Below are positions 10,583-20,657 of a stretch of 64,000 nucleotides of DNA, one piece after another. Made by a program: the position numbers and the translations under genes. Within the stretch, counting starts at the first letter, position 1. Each line of letters starts with the position of its first letter. The notes under the pieces were generated by a model. The model had not been told where the DNA came from, searched no databases, and saw only the letters and a program-made list of their open reading frames with translations. Source of the stretch: Cyanophyceae cyanobacterium (GTDB lineage: Bacteria > Cyanobacteriota > Cyanobacteriia > Cyanobacteriales > Laspinemataceae); NCBI GenBank assembly GCA_038321985.1, contig JBBQFN010000015.1, forward strand, positions 59,306 through 123,305. The letters are read 5' to 3'.

Positions 10583-12637
10583 ATGCCCGCGCCCAGCACC
10601 TCTACCATCACAGCATTTCCCCTGACAGCGGTTGTCGGTCAGGAGGCGATTAAACTTGCGCTACTGTTAACCGCAGTAGACCCCGGATTGGGAGGACTGG
10701 CGATCGCCGGTCGTCGGGGAACCGCCAAATCCGTGATGGCGCGTGCCATCCACGCCCTGTTGCCCCCGATTGAAGTGGTCAAAGATTCCATCGCCAACTG
10801 CAATCCCACTAATCCCGATGAATGGGACGACCTCACCCGAGACGCCTATCCGAACTCCGGTAGCAACGGTACCACCCCGGATAGCGTTCCCACCCAAATC
10901 ATTCCCGCACCCTTTGTCCAAATTCCCCTCGGAGTCACGGAAGACCGTCTTTTAGGGTCCGTGGATGTGGAACAGTCGGTCAAGCAAGGGGACACGGTAT
11001 TTCAACCGGGTTTACTCGCCCAAGGGCATCGCGGAGTCCTCTATATCGATGAAATCAACCTCCTCGATGACCAAATCAGCAACCTGCTGTTAAGTGTGCT
11101 CACCGATGGACGTAACCAAATCGAACGGGAAGGGATTAGCTTCCAACATCCCTGCAAACCCTTGTTTATCGCCACCTATAACCCAGACGAAGGGTCCCTG
11201 CGGGAACATCTGCTTGATCGCATTGCCATTACCCTCTCGGCTGATGGGGTCCTCGGCTTAGATCAGCGCGTGGAAGCTGTCGAACAAGCCTTATCTTACT
11301 CCGCTTCTCCCCAGGAGTTTTTACACCAATATACCGAAGATATCGACAACCTCAAAACCCAAATACTCCTGGCGCGAGAATGGTTAAAGGATGTGGAAAT
11401 TCAATCGGACCAAATCGCTTATCTCGTCAATGAAGCCCTCCGGGGCGGCGTCCAAGGTCATCGCGCCGAATTATTTGCCCTTCGGGTCGCTAAGGCATCA
11501 GCAGCCCTGGATGGTCGAAATAAGGTCAATGCAGAGGACCTGCGTCGGGCTGTAGAATTAGTCATTGTTCCCCGTTCGACGATTGTTCAAACTCCACCGG
11601 AGGAGGAACCGCCACCGCCCCCACCGCCGCCACCACCCCAGGACAACTCGGATCAGGAACAAAACGAACCCGACGAAGACGAACAAGAGGATGAAGACGA
11701 ACAAGAGGAACAGGAACAGGAACAACAGGAACAAAGCATTCCGGAAGAGTTTATCTTTGACCCCGAAGGGGTGATCATGGATCCGAGTGTGCTGTATTTC
11801 GCACAAATGGCGAAGCGGCAAGGAAAAACCGGCAGTCGTACGATTATTTTTTCCGACGATCGCGGACGGTATATTAAGCCGATGTTACCCAAGGGCAAGG
11901 TGCAACGGGTGGCGGTGGATGCGACGTTACGCGCTGCAGCACCCTACCAGAAAGCCCGCCGGGAAAGGCAACCGGACCGGAAGGTGATTGTAGAACAGGG
12001 GGATTTGCGATCGAAGCGATTGGCGAGAAAAGCCGGTGCTTTGGTAATTTTTGTGGTGGATGCATCCGGTTCGATGGCACTCAACCGGATGCAGTCGGCC
12101 AAAGGTGCGGTGTTGCAACTGCTGACCGAAGCGTATCAAAACCGCGACCAAATTGCCCTGATTCCGTTCCGAGGAGAACAGGCGGATGTGCTGTTACCGC
12201 CGACGAGATCGATTACTTCGGCCCGCCGACGCTTGGAACGGTTGCCCTGTGGGGGGGGATCGCCCTTAGCACATGGGTTAACTACTGCGGTGCGGGTGGG
12301 ATTAAATGCTCAACAGTCCGGAGATATCGGTCAGGTGGCGATCGTTGCCATTACTGATGGACGGGGGAATGTACCCTTATCTCGGTCTTTGGGCGAACCG
12401 GCGATCGAAGGTGAGAAACCGGATATTAAGGGAGAATTACTGGAAATTGCCCGGAAGATTCGCGGAGTGGGAATGCAACTGTTGATGATTGATACAGAGA
12501 ATAAGTTCGTTTCCACCGGATTTGCCAAGGAGTTAGCAAAAGCGGCAGGGGGTCGATATTATAGTTTACCCAAGGCCACGGACCGGGCGATCGCAGATAT
12601 GGCAAGAGGTGCTCTAGCAGAAATGAAATCTCGCTAA
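10583..12637 (+). CDS. chlD: Magnesium chelatase subunit D
   Basis: AAA+ N-terminus ([17 protein letters not shown]), Pro-rich and acidic linker, vWA MIDAS motif DASGS. Confidence 0.96.
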   Translation: MPAPSTSTITAFPLTAVVGQEAIKLALLLTAVDPGLGGLAIAGRRGTAKSVMARAIHALLPPIEVVKDSIANCNPTNPDEWDDLTRDAYPNSGSNGTTPDSVPTQIIPAPFVQIPLGVTEDRLLGSVDVEQSVKQGDTVFQPGLLAQGHRGVLYIDEINLLDDQISNLLLSVLTDGRNQIEREGISFQHPCKPLFIATYNPDEGSLREHLLDRIAITLSADGVLGLDQRVEAVEQALSYSASPQEFLHQYTEDIDNLKTQILLAREWLKDVEIQSDQIAYLVNEALRGGVQGHRAELFALRVAKASAALDGRNKVNAEDLRRAVELVIVPRSTIVQTPPEEEPPPPPPPPPPQDNSDQEQNEPDEDEQEDEDEQEEQEQEQQEQSIPEEFIFDPEGVIMDPSVLYFAQMAKRQGKTGSRTIIFSDDRGRYIKPMLPKGKVQRVAVDATLRAAAPYQKARRERQPDRKVIVEQGDLRSKRLARKAGALVIFVVDASGSMALNRMQSAKGAVLQLLTEAYQNRDQIALIPFRGEQADVLLPPTRSITSARRRLERLPCGGGSPLAHGLTTAVRVGLNAQQSGDIGQVAIVAITDGRGNVPLSRSLGEPAIEGEKPDIKGELLEIARKIRGVGMQLLMIDTENKFVSTGFAKELAKAAGGRYYSLPKATDRAIADMARGALAEMKSR

Positions 12638-12643
12638 AATGCA

Positions 12644-12689
12644 GCATTGAGAATTAAGAATTACGCAATTAATTCTTAATTCTCAATGC
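12644..12689. terminator. Long AT-rich inverted repeat just downstream of chlD (hairpin or terminator)
   Basis: GCATTGAGAATTAAGAATTA-cgcaat-TAATTCTTAATTCTCAATGC, perfect arms of about 20 bp. Confidence 0.6.
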
Positions 12690-12725
12690 CTAGTTTCCGG
12701 CCTATTCCTGTTACTAATTTGACTT

Positions 12726-13187
12726 ATGACTGGACCACGGTCTCTGCCTCCGGACTGTATCATCCGCCCCGCAACTCCTGAAGATTTAGGTACGATTCGT
12801 AAATTAGTGTTCCGGGCAAAACTAGACCCAACCCAGTTGCGATGGGAGAATTTTTTCGTCATTGAATTTCAGGATAAAATTATCGCTTGTGGACAGTTAC
12901 GGCAGTTTACGGGTTGTCAAGAATTGGGGAGTTTAGTCGTAGAAAAGCCATGGCGCGATCGCGGTTTAGGTTCCTCTCTAGTTCACCATTTAGTAGCCAA
13001 CTCCACCGCTCCCGTTTATGTAGAATGTATGGGCTGGTTGGTAGAATTTTACGAACATTTAGGATTTATTAAAATTTCCTGGAATAATTTACCTAAACCT
13101 TTAAAAATTAAGTTTTTATTAGGACAAATTGGTTCAAAAATATTACCGTTAAAAGTGACAATTTTACAGGCAAAACCCCTTCCCTAA
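12726..13187 (+). CDS. GNAT family N-acetyltransferase
   Basis: IRPAT, ELGSLVV, WRDRGLG (acetyl-CoA binding) and FYEHLGF motifs. Confidence 0.88.
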   Translation: MTGPRSLPPDCIIRPATPEDLGTIRKLVFRAKLDPTQLRWENFFVIEFQDKIIACGQLRQFTGCQELGSLVVEKPWRDRGLGSSLVHHLVANSTAPVYVECMGWLVEFYEHLGFIKISWNNLPKPLKIKFLLGQIGSKILPLKVTILQAKPLP

Positions 13188-13227
13188 TTCCTGTCTTATA
13201 TAAATTCTGCTAGTTTCTTATTTTGGA

Positions 13228-13332
13228 GTAACAACTTTAGTCGTTCTCTTATCTTAGTTTGTAGGAAAGATAAAAAATTGTGAGAAGGAGCGATATTGCT
13301 ACGAACAAAAGAGAACGACTCAAGTCGTTAAC
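13228..13332. repeat. REP/MITE-like palindromic element (AACGACTAAAGTCGTTAC family), copy 1
   Basis: Arms gtaacaactttagtcgttctctt (13228-13250) and aagagaacgactcaagtcgttaac (13309-13332) are inverted; the same unit occurs at 59681-59751. Confidence 0.75.
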
Positions 13333-13432
13333 AAGACCCCAACGGAACCGCCCTTGTCAGCGGCGAAATGGATTAAATCAGATTCTGGGAGGTCAGGCCC
13401 CTAATAACCAGACAATTAAATTCTATCCCCCC

Positions 13433-13462
13433 TTGACATTTCCGAAAATTTTTCGTAAGAAT
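13433..13462 (+). promoter_or_regulatory. Putative sigma70-type promoter for the riboswitch-ABC operon
   Basis: TTGACA at 13433-13438, then a -10-like TAAGAAT 17 nt later, just upstream of the riboswitch. Confidence 0.5.
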
Positions 13463-13478
13463 AAAGGACAAGAGTAAG

Positions 13479-13624
13479 TCAGCCTAATTTAGGATCCGCA
13501 GCTAGTCTGCGATCGCCCTAAAGCGGGGGAACCATATATCGGGGCGAATCTTTCGTTGAAAATGAGAAAGAAGAGCATCTCTCAGCTCTAGCCCGTCAGC
13601 TAACCTCGTAGGCATTGAGAGGAG
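13479..13624 (+). ncRNA. Cyclic di-AMP (ydaO/yuaA) riboswitch aptamer
   Basis: Hallmark blocks in order: AAGCGGGGGAACCA, GGGGCGAATC, GCCCGTCAGCTAACCTCGTAGGC, plus pseudoknot-type pair TCTCTCA/TGAGAGG; lies about 100 nt upstream of the ABC permease. Confidence 0.9.
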
Positions 13625-13725
13625 ACTGAAGTACAGGATATTTATAACCTGAATGCTTTAGTGTCCTAGGCCAAGTATCGCTACGACTTACTCCCTTTGG
13701 TCCTAGACTCTGAGGGTTAAATTAA

Positions 13726-14562
13726 ATGAGTAGACGTATCGCTACCCGTAAGGGCAGCAGTTTTTCATACGCCCCGCGTCGCCTGCTCCAACTCGACTCG
13801 GTGCTTTTACCAGGGATTGGTTTTGCCGTGATTATTGCCTTATGGTGGGCGATCGCCACGTTTTTTACCAATTTGATGCCGACTCCGTGGGAGGCACTGG
13901 TGGCGAATATGGATTACATTCTTAATCCCTTTTATCGGCGGGGACCGGGAGACTTAGGCATTGGCTGGCTACTCTTAGCCAGCTTGCGCCGGGTCCTGTT
14001 GGGTTTCGGATTGGGCACTTTAGTTGCCATTCCCGTTGGGTTCTGGATTGGCCTCTCTCCCCGGGCAATGAAGGCAATTAACCCAATCGTCCAGATTTTT
14101 AAACCGGTCTCTCCCGTTGCCTGGTTACCGATCGCCTTGGCAATCTTCAACCTGGCCGAGCCCTCTGCTATCTTTGTTATTTTCATCACCTCTCTATGGC
14201 CCACCCTGATTAACACCGCCTTGGGGGTTGCCAGCGTACCCAAGGACTATCTTCAGGTGGCTGAGGTTTTGGAGATGTCCCCGTGGCGGCGGATGACCAA
14301 GATTCTGTGGCCCGCGAGTCTCCCTTATATTTTTACCGGATTGCGAATCAGTTTAGGGATTGCTTGGCTGGTGATTGTGGCGGTTGAAATGCTCACCGGC
14401 GGCATTGGCATTGGCTTTTTCGTCTGGGATGAATGGAACCGTTTGAACTTGAGTTCTGTGTTTCTAGCGGTCTTAGTCATTGGCTTGACGGGTCTAATTC
14501 TAGACTACCTGCTGGCCCGACTTCAGCAATGGGCCACCCATCGGCCAGCCACGGCAGTTTAA
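13726..14562 (+). CDS. NrtB/CmpB-family ABC transporter permease
   Basis: SLRRVLLGF, PVSPVAWLP, LPYIFTGLRISLGIAWLVIVAVEM and GIGFFVWDEWN motifs. Confidence 0.9.
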   Translation: MSRRIATRKGSSFSYAPRRLLQLDSVLLPGIGFAVIIALWWAIATFFTNLMPTPWEALVANMDYILNPFYRRGPGDLGIGWLLLASLRRVLLGFGLGTLVAIPVGFWIGLSPRAMKAINPIVQIFKPVSPVAWLPIALAIFNLAEPSAIFVIFITSLWPTLINTALGVASVPKDYLQVAEVLEMSPWRRMTKILWPASLPYIFTGLRISLGIAWLVIVAVEMLTGGIGIGFFVWDEWNRLNLSSVFLAVLVIGLTGLILDYLLARLQQWATHRPATAV

Positions 14563-14784
14563 TCGGGATGGACTGCCCTGGATTTTACTCTGGAAACGGG
14601 GGCGATCGCCTTACACCTAGACAGTGAAAGCTGGACTTTATGAGAGAATGTCGAGCCTTGTCTGTAGGTAACTGGATTGACCTGTCATACATTCACTCTG
14701 AGGACCATCCTCTAGCCGTGGAGGGTTGGTCGGCACCCCGATTCGTCAAAGCAGCTTACTGAACTTTAGACTTTCCTGAAAACT

Positions 14785-16197
14785 ATGAGTGATATTAGTC
14801 GGCGATCGCTACTCAAGGGAGTAGCCGGGTTTTCGGCGGGATTAGCGCTTTCGGCCTGTAGTCAAGCCTTCTCTGGCGGATCGAAAAGCAACTCCGGAAC
14901 CAATGCTGCATCTCAAACCTTTGAGATCGACCAGATAATTGACCCGAACACTTTAGAACAGCCCAATCTCCGGGTAGGCTATGTCCCGGTCAATGATTGC
15001 GCTCCTTTTGCCGTAGCCGCCCAAAAAGGCTTTTTTTATAAATACGGACTCAATGTCACCCTCAACCGAGAGGCCAGTTGGGGGACATCCCGAGACGGTC
15101 TCATCTTTGGCCGTTTGGATGCCTCCCCCGTCGTATCAGGTTCCATTACTAATGCTCGCTTAGGGGCAGAGGGCGCACGCCATGCGCCGATGTGCGGTGC
15201 TATGACCATTCACCGCCACGGCAATGCTATGACCATGAATCGAGCAATGTGGGATAGTGGACTGCGACCCTTGCGAGAGTACAACGGAGATCTAGAGGCT
15301 TTTGGTCGCGACTTTCGTAATTATTTTGAGGGGTTGCCCTTAGATCGGCGAATCTGGGCTACCGTACTCAGTTCGGCCATTTATGAATACTTTATTCGCT
15401 ATCTAGCCGCCGCCGCAGGCATTGATCCGATCGCCACGTTTCGGATCATGATCATTCCACCCCCTCAGATGGTCACCAATGTGCGAATTGGAGCGATGCA
15501 GGCTTATATGGTGGCTGAACCTTGGAATACCCGGGCAATTACGGGCAATGAAGGGGTGGGTTTTACCTTTGCTCAGGGTAAGGAAGTGTGGCGCGGCCAT
15601 CCTGACCGAATTTTGGCCGTGATGGAGTCTTTTATTGATGAAAATCCCCGCACTTATCGCTCTCTCGTGAAGGCCATGATTGAGGCTTGTCAGTATTGCG
15701 GCGACCCCCGCAATCGCGAAGAAGTAGCTCAGATTATTTCAGCCCGAGCCTTTACCGGCGCATCTACCCAGTTCACTCGTCCCGCTATTGTGGGTGACTA
15801 CAACTATGGGGGTTTTGATGGTCAAGAACGGGTAGTCTCTAATATTGACACCACCATCTTTGATGCACTGCCCGATGATTTGCCTCACCCCCCAGGGGAT
15901 CATTCTACCTTCTTATGGCAGTCTCAGGCCCTCTGGCTGATGACTCAGGCAGCACGATGGGGACAGGTTAAAGAGTTTCCAGCAGATGCGGATGCATTGG
16001 CTCGTCGCACTTGGCGTACGGATCTCTATCGTGAGATTACAACGGAGATGGGGATTCCCTGTCCTGCGGAGGATTACAAAGTAGAACCCGGGGAGTTGTT
16101 TATCGATCGCAAGCCATTCGACCCCAGCAACCCCGTGGGTTATCTGAACAGTTTTGAGATTAGGGCTAATGCTCCGGTTAAGTTTTTTCTATCGTAG
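14785..16197 (+). CDS. NrtA/CmpA-family ABC substrate-binding lipoprotein
   Basis: Twin-Arg SRRSLLK and lipobox LSAC; GYVPVNDCAP, IPPPQMV, AEPWN and WRGHP motifs. Confidence 0.9.
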   Translation: MSDISRRSLLKGVAGFSAGLALSACSQAFSGGSKSNSGTNAASQTFEIDQIIDPNTLEQPNLRVGYVPVNDCAPFAVAAQKGFFYKYGLNVTLNREASWGTSRDGLIFGRLDASPVVSGSITNARLGAEGARHAPMCGAMTIHRHGNAMTMNRAMWDSGLRPLREYNGDLEAFGRDFRNYFEGLPLDRRIWATVLSSAIYEYFIRYLAAAAGIDPIATFRIMIIPPPQMVTNVRIGAMQAYMVAEPWNTRAITGNEGVGFTFAQGKEVWRGHPDRILAVMESFIDENPRTYRSLVKAMIEACQYCGDPRNREEVAQIISARAFTGASTQFTRPAIVGDYNYGGFDGQERVVSNIDTTIFDALPDDLPHPPGDHSTFLWQSQALWLMTQAARWGQVKEFPADADALARRTWRTDLYREITTEMGIPCPAEDYKVEPGELFIDRKPFDPSNPVGYLNSFEIRANAPVKFFLS

Positions 16198-16343
16198 ATA
16201 CCCATTTGGATATTAGATAGCGAGCGTCTGGCTCACACTCCTATCGGATTCGATGTCTACGAAATGGCGATCGCGCAGCCCTAGGGCTGTTTCTGTTTGT
16301 CCTAAGGTTCTGTTTTATTTAAATACATTTAACGAGGTGAATC

Positions 16344-17183
16344 GTGGTTAAACCCAGTAACTATTCCTATTCCGTGAATGCTCAAACTCGTTCAACTGAG
16401 GATTTTTTAGTCATTCGAGATTTAGTCAAAGCCTACCCCCAGGCGAGCGGGGGTCAGTCTGTTATTTTAGATGGCATCGATTTAACAGTACAGTCCGATG
16501 AATATATTTCTATCATTGGTCACTCGGGCTGTGGCAAATCTACCTTACTGAAAATTGTAGCAGGGCTAGAGCAAGCCAGTTCGGGCCAAGTTACCTTGGA
16601 AGGAAAACCCATTTCTAAGCCAGGAGCAGAAAGAATGATGGTTTTCCAGCAGTATTCCCTGTTGCCTTGGCTAACCGTGCGGGAGAATGTGCGACTCGCG
16701 GTAGATGAAGTAATGCGCCGTTTGCCCGAAGTAGAGAAGCGAGAAATCGTCAATGAACATTTAGCAATGGTGAATCTCAACGCGGCAGCGGAGAAATACC
16801 CAGACGAAATTTCGGGAGGAATGAAGCAGCGCGTGGGAATTGCGCGAGCTTTGGCAATTCGACCGAAGATGTTGTTAATGGATGAACCGTTTGGGGCGTT
16901 GGATGCCCTAACCCGAGGCAAGTTACAACGGCAGGTATTGGATATTTGGGAACATCATCCTCAGGCGGTGATGATGATTACTCACGATGTGGATGAGGCG
17001 CTGTTTATGTCGGACCGGATTGTGATGATGACCAATGGTCCCCAGGCCCAAATCGGGGAAATTCTAAAGGTGCCTTTTGCTCATCCGCGCGATCGCGCCG
17101 CACTGCGGGACGATAAACGGTATTATGAGTTGCGAAATCATGCCCTTAATTTTCTGGATCGCTATTTCACTCAGGATGACTGA
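16344..17183 (+). CDS. NrtD/CmpD-family ABC ATP-binding protein
   Basis: Walker A GHSGCGKS, signature ISGGMKQR, LLMDEPFGALDALTR and ITHD. Confidence 0.92.
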   Translation: MVKPSNYSYSVNAQTRSTEDFLVIRDLVKAYPQASGGQSVILDGIDLTVQSDEYISIIGHSGCGKSTLLKIVAGLEQASSGQVTLEGKPISKPGAERMMVFQQYSLLPWLTVRENVRLAVDEVMRRLPEVEKREIVNEHLAMVNLNAAAEKYPDEISGGMKQRVGIARALAIRPKMLLMDEPFGALDALTRGKLQRQVLDIWEHHPQAVMMITHDVDEALFMSDRIVMMTNGPQAQIGEILKVPFAHPRDRAALRDDKRYYELRNHALNFLDRYFTQDD

Positions 17184-17228
17184 TGATTGGCGAGATTCCC
17201 CCTAAGTTAGGGGAGTTGGCAAGTTATC

Positions 17229-17269
17229 AAAACAACCCTTCCCCGTGACCGGGGAAGGGTTGTTTTTTT
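17229..17269 (+). terminator. Intrinsic terminator of the ABC operon
   Basis: AAAACAACCCTTCCCC-gtgacc-GGGGAAGGGTTGTTTTTTT. Confidence 0.85.
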
Positions 17270-17421
17270 GAATAAAGAGGATATTTAATGTTTAAAAGTT
17301 TTACAAAGGGGATTTGCCCGATTAAGGATTTTGGAAACTTCCACTTTTTAAATTTTTTGTTGATATACTTATTGAGAATTGCCTCAGTTTTTATCACAAT
17401 TGCTCCTTAAAGATAGCACTT

Positions 17422-17610
17422 ATGAACTTGCCCGAATTTGAGTATTTAATTCGCAAAACCGTCACGTATTTGGATTTTCATACGGATGATGCCGCCAAGG
17501 AGTTAAACGCACAGTGGCAGCAAGTCCTCATGGAGATTCAGCGCCTCAAACGACAGAAACAGCAGGAAATATCCCGTCGCAATCCAAGCAAACCGCCCAA
17601 ACCTGAGTAA
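17422..17610 (+). CDS. Small hypothetical protein (62 aa, helical/basic)
   Basis: ATG ORF in its own intergenic gap with an extended -10 (TGaTATACT, 17361-17369) upstream. Confidence 0.5.
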   Translation: MNLPEFEYLIRKTVTYLDFHTDDAAKELNAQWQQVLMEIQRLKRQKQQEISRRNPSKPPKPE

Positions 17611-17750
17611 TTTCCTGGAAATTCTGGAAAAAACCCCTGGCATTATTGCCCATTTCCCATTCTATTGACGGATTCCAACCCAGACAGGTAGCGATCGCAG
17701 CCCGATCCGACCTAAGATCGAGAGGAAAACCCGTACAAATAACAGAAATT

Positions 17751-19058
17751 GTGAGTGATTCGACTCTGGAGAAAATTCTTGACTTGGCAAAATCTCGGGT
17801 AGACTCGGCGGAGGTTTACTATGTCTCAAGTCAAGATACCCCGATTGAATTTGAAAATAACCGTCTGAAATCCCTGCAAACCAAAGCCCTGCAAGGGGTC
17901 GCCCTGCGGGTGATTTCCCAAGGCAAAATTGGCTTTGCCAGTTCCACGGACCTCACTCGCCTAGATGATTTAGTCGATGCTGCCGTCCAAACCTCATCCA
18001 TTGGAGATAGCGCTGAATTTGAGCTAGCGAGTAATCTGCACATTTCCTCTCCAACCCCGGAATATCAACCGCCGACAACCCAGGAATTGCTGGAAATTGG
18101 CCGCAATCAGATAGAGCAAGTTCATGCTTACAACCCGGATATTCTGGTAGATGTCAGCTTTCATCTTCGCAGTGGCACGGTCAAAATTATGACCACCCAA
18201 GACGTTTATGCCACGCGATCGAGCCAGATTGTCAGTGCTAGTCTTAGCGGTAACTTGGTCAAAGGGGAAGATTTCCTGCAAATTTACAGCTATGATGTCG
18301 CCCGCGATCGCCTCCCGGACTACGATCGCCTCGTCAAAGACCTCCTGAAAAAATACCAACTTGCGGAACGTCCTGCCACGATCACCAGCGGTTCTTTCCC
18401 CGTCTTCTTTACCCCCGGAGCCGCGGCGAGTACCTTGGGCAGTCTATTCGATACCATCCTTTCGGGTCAAGCCGTGGTCCAAAAGGCATCGCCTCTGGTG
18501 GATAAAGTGGGAGAAAAAGTATTTGACGAACGTCTGACCCTGCTGGAAGACCCCACCCTCGGCCCCTCAGCTTGCGAATTTGACGATGAAGGCACCCCAA
18601 CTAGCCCAAACACCTTAATTGAAAACGGCGTGGTGAACGGGTTCTACTGGGACCGCCGCTGGGCCGCCCGTGCTGGGTTAGAATCGACCGGGAACGGGTT
18701 TCGCGGTGGACTTTCTCGCCCGGGGCCAGATTTGGTCAATCTGTGCGTGAATCCGGGCAGTACCCCAACGGCGGAGTTAATTGCCTCCGTCGAGGAAGGA
18801 TTGATTGTTGAGCAAGTGCTGGGTGCGGGTCAATCTAATCAACTAGCTGGGGAATTTTCGATTAACTTAGATTTGGGTTACAAAATCGAAAATGGCGAGA
18901 TTGTCGGGCGGGTAAAAAATACAATGGTTGCCGGAAGTATTTTTGAGGCGTTTGACAAATTAGTAGATTTTAGTAGCGAGCGAGAATGGGTAGGCGGTGG
19001 TGCATTATTGCCGAGTATGCTATTTGCTCAATTAGGGGTTTCTGCCAGACAAGGTTAA
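17751..19058 (+). CDS. TldD/PmbA family protein (PmbA/TldE-like)
   Basis: FDDEGTP, STGNG, GEFS and TMVAG motifs; no HExxxH seen; GTG at 17751 is the likely start. Confidence 0.88.
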   Translation: MSDSTLEKILDLAKSRVDSAEVYYVSSQDTPIEFENNRLKSLQTKALQGVALRVISQGKIGFASSTDLTRLDDLVDAAVQTSSIGDSAEFELASNLHISSPTPEYQPPTTQELLEIGRNQIEQVHAYNPDILVDVSFHLRSGTVKIMTTQDVYATRSSQIVSASLSGNLVKGEDFLQIYSYDVARDRLPDYDRLVKDLLKKYQLAERPATITSGSFPVFFTPGAAASTLGSLFDTILSGQAVVQKASPLVDKVGEKVFDERLTLLEDPTLGPSACEFDDEGTPTSPNTLIENGVVNGFYWDRRWAARAGLESTGNGFRGGLSRPGPDLVNLCVNPGSTPTAELIASVEEGLIVEQVLGAGQSNQLAGEFSINLDLGYKIENGEIVGRVKNTMVAGSIFEAFDKLVDFSSEREWVGGGALLPSMLFAQLGVSARQG

Positions 19059-19111
19059 ATTTCCTGTTTGTAAAAGATTATTTGATTTTTTGACCGGAGG
19101 GAGAGAGAGTT

Positions 19112-19984
19112 GTGAAATCAGCAGTTTTTGTGATCGGTCAAACCGGCAGCATTTTAGGGGAGTGGATTCAGTCAAGCATGAGGCGATCGCGCGTCTGGAT
19201 CGTGTTGTTACTGGTGCCCCTCTTGCTCACCGGCTGTGTAGAATATGATGTAGGAGTCACCTTTGAGAGTCAAACTCACGGGGAAATCGTTCAACATATC
19301 CAACTTGGAGAGCGACTCAAAGCCTTTAGTAGTTCGACGGCAGAAGCCTGGTTAGACAGTATCGAACGGCGGACTCGACAGTTGCGCGGGCAAGTTAAAC
19401 GCAGTTCTGACCGGGAAATTACGGTCAAAATTCCGTTTAATAATGGGACAGAATTAGTAGAAAAATTCAACCAATTTTTTAACCCAGATGATGCGAATCC
19501 CTCGGAGTTGACGAATTCTCCAGAGGCGCAAATTCCCGATATTTCTTCCCAAATGGCTCTCAGACAACGGAATTTTTTACTAGCGATTTACAATCACTTA
19601 AACTACGAGTTAGATTTGCGATCGCTAGGGGTAATTTCCTCTAACGGAACGGTAATTGTCAGCCCCGGGGTACTTCTAGATTTGGAGTTTGCCTTAAATA
19701 CGCCTTGGGGTGCAGAAGCGATCGCCTCGGAGGATGGATTAATACCCGAACTTCGGAACGGCGGAAAACAATTGGTCTGGACCCTGCAACCGGGACAACT
19801 TAATCATTTGGAAACCCGATTTTGGGTACCGAGTCCGATTGGGATTGGGGCGTTAGTTATTACTCTGTTTATAACGCTCAGCATCTTATTAAAGGACAAA
19901 CTTTTACCCGCCTTGGGGATAGGTCAGCGCAAACCACCCAAGCCCAAAAAACCCCAACCGGAAACCGCCAATTTAGGGGGTTAA
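19112..19984 (+). CDS. DUF3153-like lipoprotein
   Basis: Lipobox LLTGC, L.TPWG motif, WTLQPGQLNHLE and a C-terminal TM helix. Confidence 0.75.
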   Translation: MKSAVFVIGQTGSILGEWIQSSMRRSRVWIVLLLVPLLLTGCVEYDVGVTFESQTHGEIVQHIQLGERLKAFSSSTAEAWLDSIERRTRQLRGQVKRSSDREITVKIPFNNGTELVEKFNQFFNPDDANPSELTNSPEAQIPDISSQMALRQRNFLLAIYNHLNYELDLRSLGVISSNGTVIVSPGVLLDLEFALNTPWGAEAIASEDGLIPELRNGGKQLVWTLQPGQLNHLETRFWVPSPIGIGALVITLFITLSILLKDKLLPALGIGQRKPPKPKKPQPETANLGG

Positions 19985-20657
19985 GGTTTGACATCTGCGG
20001 AGTGATCCTCACTCCTTCTGCTGTTCCTGTGTTGGGGTCGATCGCCCTCCCCGATGATTGGGGGAGGGTGGGGTCTTCCTCGGCGAGGGGGTTGACAAAA
20101 AAACTGTACTCCTTACCCTGCAAGTCTTTCAAGTTTTGGAATTCCCTAGCCCTCTCCTAGACTAGGGGAGGGGGCTGAAGGTAGATTGGAACTGATTAAA
20201 TCCGCATCTGAGTCAAAAATTTACCCTTGTCCACATCAACGGGGCCTGCCTTGAACGGGTAAAAAGACAAGGAATAAAACCTATCCTGTTAATCCTGGGC
20301 TGAGATCGATAAAAATTCATCAAATCTTTAAGATGGGTGAAGCTAACCCTAAACTATCAAGATTTGATTGCAGGAGCTAAAGACAGAGCGCTAGAGGGTG
20401 AGAAGGGCGGTTACTTTATCAGTTTACTCTAAGTAAAATCACCGTACCATCATTAATCAAACCCAGGGCTTTTGTTTCTGAAGACTACTCGTTATTTCAG
20501 GGTAAAAATAGGGTAAAGTTGAAATAGAGATATGTCCATCGTTCAGGGGATAGAGTATCGTCTGATTGAGTCACCGAACATTTGGCCTAAAAATTGGTCA
20601 AGCTGTTGGGATTCTAACCTGTCCATCTGAGATGTTTTTAAGGACTGGAGAGAAAAA

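Noticed and set aside
11590..11745. Pro-rich and GAA/CAG-rich tandem repeats in chlD
   Set aside because: Normal proline/acidic linker of ChlD.
13479..13624. Guanidine-I (ykkC) riboswitch as an alternative identity, given the ABC transporter context
   Set aside because: The conserved blocks match the ydaO c-di-AMP consensus and ykkC motifs were not found.
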